Shown here piece by piece: positions 1 through 12,544 of a stretch of 64,000 nt of DNA. The translations under genes were made by a program, and so were the position numbers. The stretch comes from Phoronis australis (lineage: Eukaryota; Animalia; Phoronida). The notes under the pieces are model-generated. The model was not told where the DNA came from, did not search any database, and saw only the letters and a list, made by a program, of their open reading frames with translations. Numbering within the stretch: the stretch's first letter is position 1; every line of letters starts with the position of its first letter. The DNA lies in assembly GCA_002633005.1 (NCBI GenBank), contig NMRA01000198.1, positions 623,459 through 687,458 on the forward strand, written 5' to 3'.

Positions 1-22
1 ATCTTCCGTAAGTAAAATATCC

Positions 23-495
23 TTGGTCCTCTCTGACCTTGAGACCTCCTTGGCCAGAGGGGTTAGTTACTGTGTCCCTAAGTGGCGTCAAATTACTGAG
101 GATCCTCGCATACTGGCCATTGTCACCGGCTATGAAATTGAATTTGAACTGCTTCCTACTCAAACACAACCAGGTACCAATGCAAAATTTTTGCCACTTG
201 AGCAACAGTTCCTGCGTAGGGAAATTCAATCCATGCTGGCTAAACAAGTCATTGAACGCTGTCCTCACTCTCCTGGACAATTTGTGTCTCCCGTTTTTCT
301 TCGACCTAAGAAAGTTGCAAATGAGTTTCGGTTTATCCTTAATTTGAAGACCTTAAACTCTTATGTTGCTTATCATCATTTCAAAATGGATACCATTGAA
401 TTGGCACTCCGCTTAGTGACGCGGGATTGTTATTTTATCAGCTTAGATTTGTCTGACGCTTATTATAGCATCCCAATAGCCAGGCATCACCGAAT
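23..495 (+). mobile_element. DIRS-type retrotransposon reverse transcriptase fragment (N-terminal RT, truncated)
   Basis: ORF 23-529 has DIRS RT motifs W..IT.D..IL..V.GY.IEF, FVSPVFLRPKK, FRFILNLK.LN, HFKMDT, SLDLSDAYYSIPI. It breaks off before the YxDD motif into Gypsy sequence. Confidence 0.85.
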
Positions 496-1200
496 AATTT
501 TCATTGGCATGGTATGCACCATGACATAGATTTTGCAAGTCCTGTGATGTGTGCCAGAGGACAATTCCGAAGGGCCCGTAAGGCACCCTTAGGTAAAATG
601 CAAGAACTATTTTACCGGATTGATGTGGACTTAATTTGATCCACTACAACCACCGAGAACACCAGGTCACAAATACATATTGACCACAGCTGATATGGCA
701 ACTAGATACTCAAAAGCAATTGCCTTGTCAAACATTGACACAATTACTGTGGCAGAGGCATTACTTAAAATGCTTAGCGATGTGGGAATTCCTCATCAAA
801 TTTGAGTGACAAAGGCACTCAATTCAATTCGGATATTATGAAAGAAGTTCACAGACTACTCTCGAAAGGGATTGTGACAACCTCAACGTATCACGCACAA
901 ACCAACGGGTTGTGTGAAAAGTACAATGGAACCTTAAAGCAAATGCTAAAATGTATGGTAGGAGAACAACCCCGCCAGTGGGATAGGTTCAGTGAGCCCT
1001 TGTTATTTGCTTATAGGGAATCTCCCATAGATGGCTTAGGCGGGTTTTCTCCGTTTTAAGTCCTGTATGGGAGGGCTGTCAGAGGTCCCATGACAATTTT
1101 GCGCGAATTATGGGCAGGTGGGGCAGTTGAAGAAGAGGTGCGCGGCACTTACGAAGATGTGCTTGATCTTCGTTAGAGGTTGCCGGAAACCTGCAAGATC
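492..1200 (+). mobile_element. Gypsy/Ty3 integrase fragment (pseudogenised)
   Basis: Frameshifted translation gives F.W.GM..D / CKSCDVCQRT zinc finger, then SDKGTQF, YHAQTNGLCEKYNGTLKQML, WD....LLFAYRE, GFSPF..LYGR.VRGP. Confidence 0.85.
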
Positions 1201-1215
1201 ACCTCTGAGACATAG

Positions 1216-2080
1216 TTAATCCTAGAGCGCCGGTACACGCATATTTGAGTGAAAGCTTCAATCACCCTAAGTGCCCATAAACACACATATGAGTGTTAAA
1301 GTTCCCAAACAGTTTTTTCCACCTTGTGACAGCTAAAAATAAACATTTTTCATACATGTGTACAAATAGATTAATGACATATACAATTAGTGTTTTTCTT
1401 TATTGAAAGTGGCCTGTTGTTGAATTTGTCGGATTTTTTTGAGAGAAGTGTTGATATTTTGGTTATAAGATGGCTGGAGTAAGAGAGAGGAAACTCAAAG
1501 TGGATACTGTTCTAGATTTATTGGAAAGCAGTGACATTGAGAGTGATTCTGACTCTGATGAGGATATTCCTCTCACTAGATCAGAAAATGACACAGAAAT
1601 GAGTTTGGAGGTTGACCCAAACAGTTTAGAGGATGCCCCTGAGATCGCTGTGCCTGCACATTTCCTGGATGCTCTTGGGGTACAACAACCGGAAACTGGT
1701 GGTTGGAGTGCTTCTGTGAATTCAAGAAACGATGCCAACATGAGATTTAAAAGCACACCTGGTTTGAAGCAACATGCCATAGATCATATAGGTGGACAGG
1801 AAGCACTCACCTCGGCAACACCCGGTGGGCTCTTCAGACTGTTTTTTCCTGACCCTTTAGTCAAGTTGATCGTTGATCAGACAAACTTATATGACAATCA
1901 TGAAAGACAGAGTGCACCCGAAAAACATAAAATGAAATGGCATGATGTAACAGTAAAGGAACTATTCACTTGGTTTTGTTTACTGTTCTGCAAGGGTCTG
2001 AACTGCAAGGGAAATATCCGCGTACATACTGGAGCCATGAGGATCAAGCACGTCACATGTATGCCCAGCATCACATGAAG
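1216..2080 (+). mobile_element. piggyBac-like (PGBD4-type) element: left end plus N-terminal transposase fragment
   Basis: TTAA at 1216-1219 followed by TCCTAGAGCGCC. ORF 1470-2078 has an acidic N-terminus then P...F.LFF.D.L...IV.QTN.Y and W.DVT..EL..WF.L, typical of DDE_Tnp_1_7 transposases. Confidence 0.75.
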
Positions 2081-2375
2081 ATATGTGGCAAAAAGGTAAG
2101 TTTAACGCAAATTGTGCAGAATGATAAATTGCAATTAGTACTATTTTTATTTGAAGCAAATGACTTGGTAACACACATTTTTTACTGCCACCTGAAAATA
2201 AACACAAGCATAAACAAAGCTACACTCATTTTGAAGTGTATGCAGACAAAATGAATAATGTAACTATGTATTTATTTACCTATTTCACGAAAGCGCCATC
2301 TTCCCGCGCCATCTTTAAATACTGATCGAAAACGAGGCACACTGACAAAACCTCGTGAGTGATCATCAGCTGGCC

Positions 2376-4800
2376 ATGGTGTAATGTGCAGTGCCTGTGT
2401 GTACTAATTCCAGAAATAACTCATCGGTAACCTTCCACACTTTTCCAAAAGAGGGAAATCTACGAAAGGAATGGCTCAGGAGCATAAAACAGGACATCGG
2501 AAAAAATTTCAATGTGAGTAATGTTATTATTAGGACGTTAACAATCGTGCTCGCGACAGAGGTCCCAGCCTGACCGGGACTTTCCCGCGTAAATCGTAGT
2601 TCGGTAAAATAGCACGAGATTACTATTTTGAGCTGTTTCACTTCCTTGTATCGAATAAGATTCAGTTTCTGGCTTTGTCTTGTTCGATACTTGTTACCAA
2701 AAATCGATCGATATTAGTTATTGCGTTCGGCATACCAGTCGCTGAATTACTGCCTCGGCTGCTTTCAAGCCAGGTCAGAGGGCAGGGAACGTTCAGGTTA
2801 ACTGTAGACTACAGTTTGTTGACCAACTTATATCTTTGAAAACACAATAAGTTTGTGATCTACAAGCAACTAATTAAGAAATTTACATTAATTCTTGTCT
2901 AGATTTCATCACATTCACCTTGTCATTTTGCAGCTGACTGCCAACACAAAGGTGTGTTCGTCACACTTTAGAGCCGAGGACTACACGTTTAATGGCTATA
3001 GTAGATTGAAGCGACTAAAACCAGGTGCTGTTCCTTCTGTCCTTGACTGGTCCAAAGAAACTCGGAGAAGAAAAGAACCAGTCAGCCGATCAACGCCATC
3101 CGTTAAAAATGGGTAAGTTCAGGTACTAAGCAGTTAAGTCACTAAAGACGTGTCTAATTACAAATGGGCAGGTGACAATGGTTTAGCTGGTCCAGTCACA
3201 TGATTTAACCTTGTCAACTATTTGATGCCCAGGAGTGGAGTGGCACTGGACTTTTGTTAGACAGGACAGGTACTGACTCGGGACAAAAAGCGACCTATTT
3301 GGAGAATGGTTCCACAAATTAGACTTGCTTTGTTCATCATAATGAGCATACCTCTAGCATGGGAGTACCCTTGGATTTGTAGTCATATTTATTGGCCTAC
3401 AATTAATTACAAGTTTTAAAAACGTAACAACAATGGTTAGTTTCTTTGTAAATTACTTGTGTTGCTAAAGCAGTTAGCTTGGAAATCAAAAACAGGGTAA
3501 TTTATGTATGAGACTCTCTACTGCTTTAAATCTATAGACAATGGTCAGTGGATCAACGACTTTTTATGATACTGTTTCATGTGACACAATGTAAAGCTTT
3601 ATTTGACCGTTTTCATTGTTATTTTCAGCACTCAGACTGAGGTTGACACAGCTACAGAGCCATTGGATTTTTACCAAGTAGCCTGTGAACTTTCACCACG
3701 AAGTGACGAGTCTTTAGAGGAAGAAGCTACCAACAGTGGTTCACTGGCCACTTCCTGCAGTCTTCCTGACCATGACTATGCTGTTGAGCCCCAGTCCAAG
3801 GACGATATGCTTGCTGCTGCCCGAGACGAGATTGTTAGATTAACGGCTAAGTTGGAGATTGCTGAGGGTAAAACATTGTTAATAGTCTAGCTGGAGACAA
3901 CAGTTCTGTGATGTTTTACACAGGTTTCAAAGACTATCAGACTCTGTTATTGTTCTTCCAGGTTATTGAACCTACTGCTGTAAACATGGTCAGGTATACT
4001 CAGTACCAGTGTCGCTTGACTGGCGAGTCAAAGCAAACACGAGTTGGGTTTTACCCTCAGAACTTATCTCTTATTGATCAGTTCACACTTGTACTGAGGC
4101 GGTTAAGAGTTGGTAAATGTGACAAGGAGCTTGCTGATATTTACCAAGTAAGCGAAGCAAACTGTGTCAAGAATAGTGTTGTCATGGGTTAATTATTTAT
4201 ATTTCTTTTTGGGCTCCCTTCCACTTTGGGCGTCTAGAGCACAAGTGGACAAGCACATACCCGATGTGTTTATTCCTAGGTACAGCAGAACAAGGGTAAT
4301 ACTAGATTGCACTGAGGTATGGGTGCAGAAACCATCAAGTTTGGTGCTGAGCTCAGAGTTTTACTCGCACTAAAGGGTAGAGCTCAAAATAAGCCCTTGT
4401 TGGAATCACTCCTTCAGGGGCAGTCTCCTTTGTGTCGAAGCTCTACCCTGGTTCGATTTCAGATAAAGCTATCACCAAAGCCTCTGGCATTTTAGAGTTA
4501 TTGGAAACTGGCGACACAGTGACGGTAGACAAGGGATTTCTGATTGGTGATTTACTTGAGCAGCATGGTGTAAATCTTGTTATCCCTGCCTTCTTATCAG
4601 AACGTTCACAGTTTGAAGCTGGTGAAGTGTCAGAAACTCAAGCAATTGCTCGTCTTAGAGTTCATGTGGAGCGGGCAATCCGTAGGGTTAAATGCTTTGG
4701 CATATTTAAGCGTGTTATACCACTTGCACTGACTGGCTCTGTAAACCAAATATGGTCTGTATGCTGTCTTATAACCAACTTCCAAGGTGACTTATTCTAA
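2376..4800 (+). mobile_element. ISL2EU/Harbinger-type THAP + DDE_Tnp_4 transposase pseudogene (with introns)
   Basis: THAP pieces CAVPVCTN..FHTFPK..LRKEWL (2376-2512, stop at codon 3) and KVCSSHF..LKPGAVPS (2934-3112). Then FYTGF, ILDCTE..QKPSSL, SKLYPGSISDK, DKGFLI, IARLRVHVERAIRRVK.F. Several stops and frameshifts. Confidence 0.85.
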
Positions 4801-5699
4801 GTTAGCACTGAATCATTGTTACATGTGCTGTTAATGTGTAGTGTCGCTGAGAACTGCTGTTACATGTATGTGACCAACTTGTAAATAATAAGATGTACAA
4901 TGTGACCTTGTTTAATAAGACATTTAAAACTTCATGCACTGAATTCACATAGGCAGAAAAAATGAAACAGCCAGAGTGCGAGGGAATATTGAGTTTACGA
5001 ACTAACCCCAGTAATTAACATGCTGCTGAAACAAGATTTAACAAGTTTCAGTTTGTGTGTGTGGGGTGGCCGGTGCCGTCGCAATCGGTCTCCTCAGAAA
5101 TTCCGAGCCCCCCCGCCTATATTTTAGGCTGGATGCATCTGCGCAATCATACTTTGTGCGATTCCCCGAGACACAATGTTGGCCTCCCTTATGATATCCT
5201 TGGTCCGCCACTGATTTAATTATTTTTTTGGTGGCAGCACACCAAAAATGCCGCCCATGAGAGGCATTCAAATTCTCTTAGCTGTTGAACATGTGCAGTT
5301 CAGTCTCCGAAGTGGGTCAGTCAAGTTCAATCTGGTTGATGTGGTGTTGACGATACTAAGGGCTGAAATGGCTGCACGTTTAAAGAGACTTAAGCGATAC
5401 TGCCCACTTCTCAAAAACGTTATATAATTGGTATTAAAATAACGCAAACACATGCAGGGTTCGACTTCATGAATTGATTGTATTTTAGTGATATCTATTG
5501 ACTGATAAACCTTATTCCGTGTTCCAGAGCAGCAAGTACTGCACAGTACAAAGTAAAGAATATCTTTGAAGGAGCACTTCTTCTGGTTTAGCTAACCACC
5601 AAGTACATTAAAGAGTTGCTCCTAGTGCATGACAGAAAGTGAAAGAGGTGAATAAGGTGAAAACTTGCACTAATACGTATTTCTTGCCTTTTCACAAGT

Positions 5700-6104
5700 C
5701 AACATTGAGCAGCAAAGACTGCAGATCAATCCAAAGTACCCCTACCTGGGCAGCAGTGTTGACGGTGTTGTAATGTGCGTTAAGTGTAGTGAAGGTGTCA
5801 TCAAACTAAAGTGTCCGTATGGCTCGGATAAGTCACCGTGGAGAAATGTGCGAAGGATGCAAACTTTTCTTAGTGATGGTGAAGTTTTTCTTAAGTATGG
5901 ACACAACAATCCGTATCAGGTAATGGGAGAGACGGCCATTTGCGACTTAGAATGGCCGATTTTGTCGTGAGGACAAAGAAAGGTATTGCTGAGGAGCGTG
6001 TTCGTTTCGACATAAATATGTGGGAATTTGATATATTGCCAGGAACAAGGCCGTTTTGTAAGGATTTCATCATCCCGGAATTATTTAGTAGTCGTGTACA
6101 TAGA
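5700..6104 (+). mobile_element. YqaJ-like (lambda exonuclease family) accessory ORF fragment of an ISL2EU/Harbinger-type transposon
   Basis: LQINPKYPYLGSSVDGVVMCVKCSEGVIKLKCPY ... YQVMG..AIC...W.DFV ... ERVRFD ... FIIPELF. It joins directly onto Gypsy RT. Confidence 0.75.
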
Positions 6105-6785
6105 AATTGTTAGGAGACATGTCAAATGTCGACAATTTCGTTGATGACGTTTTGATTCACACGTCAAATTGGGATAGTCACGTGAATCAAATGAAAGTTT
6201 TGTTTAACAAGGTTTGTAAAGCCAACCTAATCATCAAACAGTCAAAGTGTTTTCTTGGGTATTCCGACATTGAATTCACTGGACATCATCTTAAAAAAGG
6301 GTTTCTCATGACGAAGCAGACAAAACTGAAAAAATGAAAGCCACTGCAGTCACTTAGACCAAGCGTCAACTTCGTTCAATTTTGGGACTAATAAATTATT
6401 ATCGGAAAGTCATTAAGGATTATTGCGACAAGGCTCCTGCCTTAACGTAGCTAACCAAGAAGGGTAAACCTGATAAACTCAAATGGGGTGAAGAACAAGT
6501 TAAAGCATTTGAGACAATCGAGTATGAGCTTCGCCAGGGGCCAGTATTGAAACTTCCTAAGACAGAGGAAACCTTTCATTTGCAGACGCCACAGACGTTG
6601 GTTTGGGTGCTTGCCTTATACAGATGCACGAAGGCGCATTGTTTCCTGTAGCATAGGCTATTAAGAAGTTAATAAGTAAACGCGAACAGATATATTCAGT
6701 TATAGAACGTCAGGGCATGGCAATCTGCAGGGCAATCAATAAGTTGAGAGTCTACCTTTATGGGAAAGAATTTGTGCTGCTGTTA
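6105..6785 (+). mobile_element. Gypsy RT C-terminus / RNase H fragment
   Basis: NFVDDVLIHT, KCFLGY..IEF.GH, QLRSILGLINYYRK, LTKKGKP, PVLKLP, F.LQT, GLGACL.Q, YSVIER, YLYGKEF. Confidence 0.85.
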
Positions 6786-7479
6786 TGATCAAACTTTCCC
6801 ACCTATATTATGTTTGAGTATAAGTATTCTGTTAGCTACGCAAAGCTTGACAACAAGCTTGCTACAGAAATATTGCAGATATTCTTAAGAGATGCTACTG
6901 GCTTGCTCAGAAATATCACAAGTACTAGTAATTTATGGACTGAATTTTAATCCGATACACTGTAGCAGGAATTCAAGGGGATACATTGTATCTAGAGCTC
7001 CATGGAATAAATTCTGATTAAAATAATTTATCTGATGTTCAATAGACTTCATGATTGTTGCGAAGTATCTCATCAAGTGGACACTGCTTGGAACACTGGA
7101 TCGCACGATCAAGAAAAACTCATCACAGACAACAAATGTAACACTGGATCCAAGGACGACGCCAGGTACGGGAAAACGTGATCACAGACTGATTAGATTA
7201 ACCTTCTTTGTAAATGTTTACGATCTTTCATTTAGGGAAATTTAAACATTTTATCAATATACTCATTAATATAGTTACCCAAATCAAATTGTGTCGTTTC
7301 AACCGCCTACCCGCAAGATATTCACCACGTGACAGTACCGAGATGATTACATCTCTAGTATTATGCCTCGACTTGGTTTCATAAGTTAAATCAATACTTA
7401 CATGTACATGACTCTTCGAACACTCCTCCACGCGAACATGAAGATTACGATCCATTATTTAAACTTCACCCAGTATTGA

Positions 7480-8170
7480 AAAAATTAGAGAAAGATTTGG
7501 AAAGGTATACAACACAGAGCTTAGAATTGAAGCTGATTGGCTTCAAGGGTAGAATATTTTTTCACCAATACATGCCAGCAAATCTATCAAAATGGGAAAC
7601 CAAGTATGGGAGATTTGTAAATCTGACATTGGATGCCGCCTACATTTCGGCTCTGGAAAGAAGCTAGACATTCGCAGAGAATATGGTTTAGGGTATGATG
7701 TTATGTGAAAACTATCTGAGCCAAACCACAAGTATCCTCGCTTGTATTCTGATCGCTTTTTGCATCGGTAATTTTAGCCGAACACTTAAATTTGGCTAAC
7801 ACCTTCATTTGCGGAACGATTATGAATAATAGAAAAGGTCTTCCAGCATCGGAACGACAAGCGAAATTGAAAACAGAAGAATTGGTACTGGTACAGAAAA
7901 GCAAACTGCTGGCAACTATTAACAAAGACAAACAAAAGTTGTAGTTTCGTCTTGCCAGTCCGCAGTGAAGAGAACCCTACCATTATCTTGGAATACAACG
8001 CAAATATGGAAGGGTTGATAAGAGTTATCAGTACCACACTTATTATCCTGTAGGGCGACCCACTAACAAATAGTAGCAGTACTTGCTGTGGTTCATTGTA
8101 AATTTGTCAATTCATGGATTTTGTATTCACGTTCATGGCATGACACCCGTTCCCCAAAAGGCTAGGACCA
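7480..8170 (+). mobile_element. piggyBac transposase fragment (decayed relative of the 8441-9900 copy)
   Basis: IGFKGRIFFHQYMPA, GLGYDV..KL, DRFF.S, CGTI..NRKGLP, YNANM.G.D. Colinear in DNA with ~8990-9640. Confidence 0.8.
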
Positions 8171-8213
8171 CCTCCGTGGCTACTTTTAGGTGGCACTTTT
8201 ACTTTAATCTTTT

Positions 8214-9910
8214 CTAACCCTTTAGCGCCCAATCCTCCTGCAATCGCCCTTACATACCTTTTTTTTAAAACATATCCCACAATTCTTTAATCTTTAATTC
8301 TCACAAGTAAAACGAAACCATTTGGTCACATGACTGTTAGTCAACGTTTTAGTCACGAGATTGAAGATTTTTAGAGTTTTTGCGTGCCTTTTATTGAAAA
8401 TAATTAGTGACAAGTTTTCTTTTGTTACTTCCAGCAAACTATGGATTCGTCTTCAACTAACAGCAAGGATTTTATTGGTTTTACTGATGCAGAAATTGAA
8501 CAATCAGGTACTAGAGTGGGGGATATAAATGACGAGTCTGATGTTGAAAGTGACGTTGGTTTCGAGGAACTGAATATATTTGACGAACCAGCTCATGACA
8601 ATATAGGTGCCAATTGGAGTAACCAGCTCCAGGATTTTCGAAATAGGGATTTTTCTGCTGATACTGGTCCTGTACATAACTTAAATGGAACTAAAACACA
8701 ACTTGACTACCTGTCCTTGTTTTTGCCGTCCTCATTTTTTGAAAACGTTGCTGAAGAAACTAATAAATATGCCACTCAACAACAACATCTGCAGATGAAG
8801 TCAAAGCATATTTTGCAATTAACATTGTCATGAGCGTCAACCAGCTACCAAGACTGTGGTGTTACTGGAGCACTGATCAACGGTACCGAGATGAGTACAA
8901 CTCTAGGATCATACCTCCACTTTGGTTTCAGAAGTTACATCAGTACTTACATGTTCGTGACACCTCGAACACACCTCCACGCGACCATAATTACGATCCG
9001 TTTTTTCGCCAATATATGCCAGCAAAACCAACAAAATGGGGCATCAACGTATGGGAGATCTTTGAATCCAACAGTGAGTATAATCTAAAATTTGATGTCT
9101 ACACTGGGAAGAAGCGACGTGGTTCCAGAGAGTATGGTTTAGGGTATGATGTGTGGAAACTATCCGAGCCATACCACAAGTATCATCACCTATATTTAGA
9201 TCGTTTTTTTATCAGTAACTTTAGCTGAACACTTGAACGTGGTCAACACCTACACATGTGGTACCATTATGAATAACAAGAAAGGTCTTCCACCATCAGT
9301 ACGAGAAGCAAAATTAAAAAATAAGGGGTGCAGGTACAGAAAGGTAACTTGTCGGCAACTGTTTACAAAGACAAACGCCAGTTAACATTTCTCTCCACAT
9401 CTGCCTAGACATGCCACGGTGAAGGGAAACCTAGTGTTAACATGGAGTACAATGCCAATATGGGAGGGGTTCACAAGAGTGATCAGTACCGCGCTTATTA
9501 TCCTGCAGGATTACCTGGCAAGAAATAGTGGCGGTACTTGTTGTGTTCATCATAAATTTATCAATAGTCAATTCATGGTTTTTTGTATTCCCGTTCACGG
9601 CACGATCATCCTAACCCAAAAAGCTACAACCATCTCCGGTTTCGAGTGGATGTCGTCGAGCAATTGGTAAATGGTTTTTCATCCCGAAAACACAGATCCG
9701 GCAGGAGGTCCAGCAGTTATGGTGCTGGAGATGGTGTAATTTAGCAAATGTTCACACTGTTAAAAAAATGGAGACAAAACATGTCACGAGTGCTTTAAGG
9801 CAGGGAGAACAACACCAGCTGGATGACAAATTGTGTCCACATTCAAATGTGGATTTTGCAATGTTGCCTTGTGCAGAGTTGGTTGTTTCACTGCATACCA
9901 TGATAAGTAC
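8214..9910 (+). mobile_element. piggyBac-like (PGBD4-type) element with decayed, internally deleted transposase
   Basis: Left end CTAA|CCCTTTAGCGCC. ORFs give LDYLSLFLP..F..VAEETNKYA, YWSTD, QYMPAKPTKWGI.VW, YTGK, LYLDRFF, and a C-terminal Cys-rich C..C..LC...CF..H segment near 9780-9900. Confidence 0.8.
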
Positions 9911-10586
9911 AAATAAGGGTTATTCACTGACTGAGAGACTGATACCAACTAAGCGGAAGTGTGAAGTGCACATTTACTTGCTGATTATGTAATATATACC
10001 TGACTCTTACCTGTGGGACAAACGACAGTATTGCTATTAATCAGGAGTCATTTCTAATACTGTATGTCCAATTTCTATCTCCGATTGTAGTTATTCACAT
10101 TTATTTGGTTTCAAGATAAAAACAGGTACGTTGGGAGTTAGCAGAATCGCACGTAAATTTTGATGCTACCTGGCACACGTGAATTTAACATAAATGCTTA
10201 TATAATCTTGCAGATAGAAGATTTCATGACAGATGGACTTTCTCAATGTGTAGAATGAAATAATATTATTAAATATTTTTAGTAAACAAAATTGTTTTGT
10301 TTTACAAGTGAACTACTAAAACATAAAAGATAAATTTTACCTGAAATTAAAATCTTTCAGGTGTCATACCTGACCAAATTGGTAATATGTATTTGTAGCA
10401 CTTTACCTCATACATTCTTGATCCATGTTTCATCTGTTAATCAGTTGGTGCACGCCCAATCTCAATAGGCAACTGACACACCACAGGTTGTCATTGTTGG
10501 TCTAGTTCATTGTCACTTCCTGTAACTGACTATATCTGTGCTTCATTACTTGTTGCTGGGCCTAGCTAGGTGGCCACTGTATTCTC

Positions 10587-10632
10587 ACTTCTGAAGATGG
10601 TGTTGAATAAATGACACCGAAACATGTCAAGT
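10587..10632 (+). ncRNA. Minimal type I hammerhead ribozyme motif (Penelope-like element type)
   Basis: ACTT-CTGAAGA-T-GGTGT(loop)ACACC-GAAAC-AT-GTC-AAGT. Intact CUGANGA/GAAA core, stem I ACTT/AAGT, stem II GGTGT/ACACC, palindromic minimal stem III ACATGT, GUC cleavage triplet. Confidence 0.75.
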
Positions 10633-10899
10633 CTTAAAACTGTTGTTGTTTTCTTTAATATATGCTGCTACTTGCTATCATGGAGTTCTATAGATTCTTT
10701 TCCATCTTGTAATGTAGGACAACAATAATCAGTTCGAATTCATTTTTAATGTAATGAATTCTCCTTTTTCTCCTACTTCTGGGTTTCTTATTTCAATATT
10801 CGAACTTCAAAACGAAATATCTATCCGTCAGACCGATAGCGGCGGCCACTCACAACACCCAAAAACACAACGCTGAATATAACATCCCCGCTACAATAT

Positions 10900-11200
10900 T
10901 ATAGGTATGAAACCAGCAGCATCGAGAAAGAACTTTGGCATTGTGTAAAAGCCCAGCAAGTAGCAGGGACGAAGAAGCAGTGTGTCTACACAGTCGATGT
11001 CATTTTGAGCTTAAGAGGGGGTGTAAAAGAAATGTAAAAGAAATGCAGTGCGAAAGTGCAGCACACATGGGCTCTGATGCCCACTGCAAACACTTGAATG
11101 GTCTCTCGCACAGTCTCATTCACTTTACAACACAAAGATCTTGAAAGAGCAACAGACTTGTATGGAGACATTGCAAAAGTTTCATAAAGCAAAAAAAGTG
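10900..11200 (+). mobile_element. SWIM-zinc-finger N-terminal fragment of a YqaJ-type transposon accessory ORF
   Basis: KEMQCESAAHMGSDAHCKHL followed by QTCMETLQKFHKAKK resembles the CxCxxG...HCKH / CT..LQ.FH pattern of these ORFs. Degenerate. Confidence 0.5.
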
Positions 11201-12062
11201 TGTTACTTCACCTGTTAAGACTAAGGCTTGAAAGTAAGTGTAAGACATAGTGAGCAATCTATTGCTTCTCAGCTCACTATAACCATACACCCTTACAGAG
11301 ACTGACGTACCAGGTTGTTCCTAGCATTGTTGTTTTCATATACACAACTGATCTTTTTATTTTGAGCAGGTTCTAAGCCACTTCCCATGTTACTGGAAGT
11401 CCTTAGTAAGAGAAAGAGTCCCTCTCTACTGACAGAGCATGTTCAAGCTACTGCATCAGTGACAAACAGCACTGTGCTAATTGATAACAGATGCTAGTGA
11501 ACATCTTTATCACTTGCACAGAATCTGTGATAACCATTCATGTCAGGGTGCACTGTGTGCAGACTATCAGAGTAACAATTTTGTTGTTAACCTCTTTGTT
11601 AGGAGTTAAGTCGCCAGAAAACTTCAGCCAGTTTCTACATCGTTTCTTCTTTTATTCTAATATCTCTCACGTTCCTTAGACACGTTTGGGAAAGTCAGAC
11701 TATGATAGTGAACCCGATCTGAATTTCGATTTGGATGAAAGCGACCTTGACAACAAAACACTGGAAACAGATTGAAAAAGAAAACAAATTTTTCAGCAAT
11801 GTGCGCGAACCACATCTAGGAGGTGAAGTGATGAAAATATGCGCAATGACACTACCATTCCGTACAAAAGAACACCAGAACTGTTAATGCGCCATGTCCC
11901 ATGTTGTGAGGACGATTTGTGTTCCACAGTTCTATGAATTGTGATACAAGTCATTGGGCAAGTCAACCTCTCATGAGAAAAAATTATGCAGGCAACATAC
12001 AGTAATCTGCTACAATTCTACTTTAAAGGAGCAAGACGGACTTAAATGAGGTTTCCGACATT

Positions 12063-12539
12063 TTGAGCCATCGCCGGGACGCCTGGCTCGAGGAGAGCAC
12101 ACTGAAATCTGCGCAAGCAGCCATGGCACATGCCGTGGTGCCGTTGGCAGGCCTACTCAATACCTTTGTTTCAACTGAGGCACGGAAGTTAGACACCCAG
12201 GCCCTGGTTCACTACACTGTTGACTCCAGAAGTATGCTCAGTTACGCCAGTGGCAAACTTAAAACAGTTCGACGAGACATCATTAAGCCATATCTCAATG
12301 CGAAGTATCATTCCATAATCAACAAGGCACCGACAACATCTACCCTGCTGTTTGGGGAAGACCTCTCCGATAAATGTAAACAGGCACAGCAGGCCTTGAA
12401 CCTGGCCAGGACACCTGGGAAGTCCTCGACTAACACTTACAAATCGAGGCCGGCTCCATATCCTCCGTCATACCGGAAGGCCTACCAGCGCCAGTATCCA
12501 GAGAGCAGCTACAGGCCTTTTTTAGGTAAGCCCATATAG
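12063..12539 (+). mobile_element. DIRS gag-like ORF fragment
   Basis: RRDIIKPYLN.KY, TS.LLFGEDL and terminal RPFL are typical of the DIRS ORF1 C-terminus. Confidence 0.7.
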
Positions 12540-12544
12540 CTCAG

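Noticed and set aside
5038-5453. Minus-strand ORFs as a convergent transposon accessory gene
   Set aside because: No YqaJ or PHD motif could be read; part resembles a CAGTGGCGGA-type non-coding MITE.
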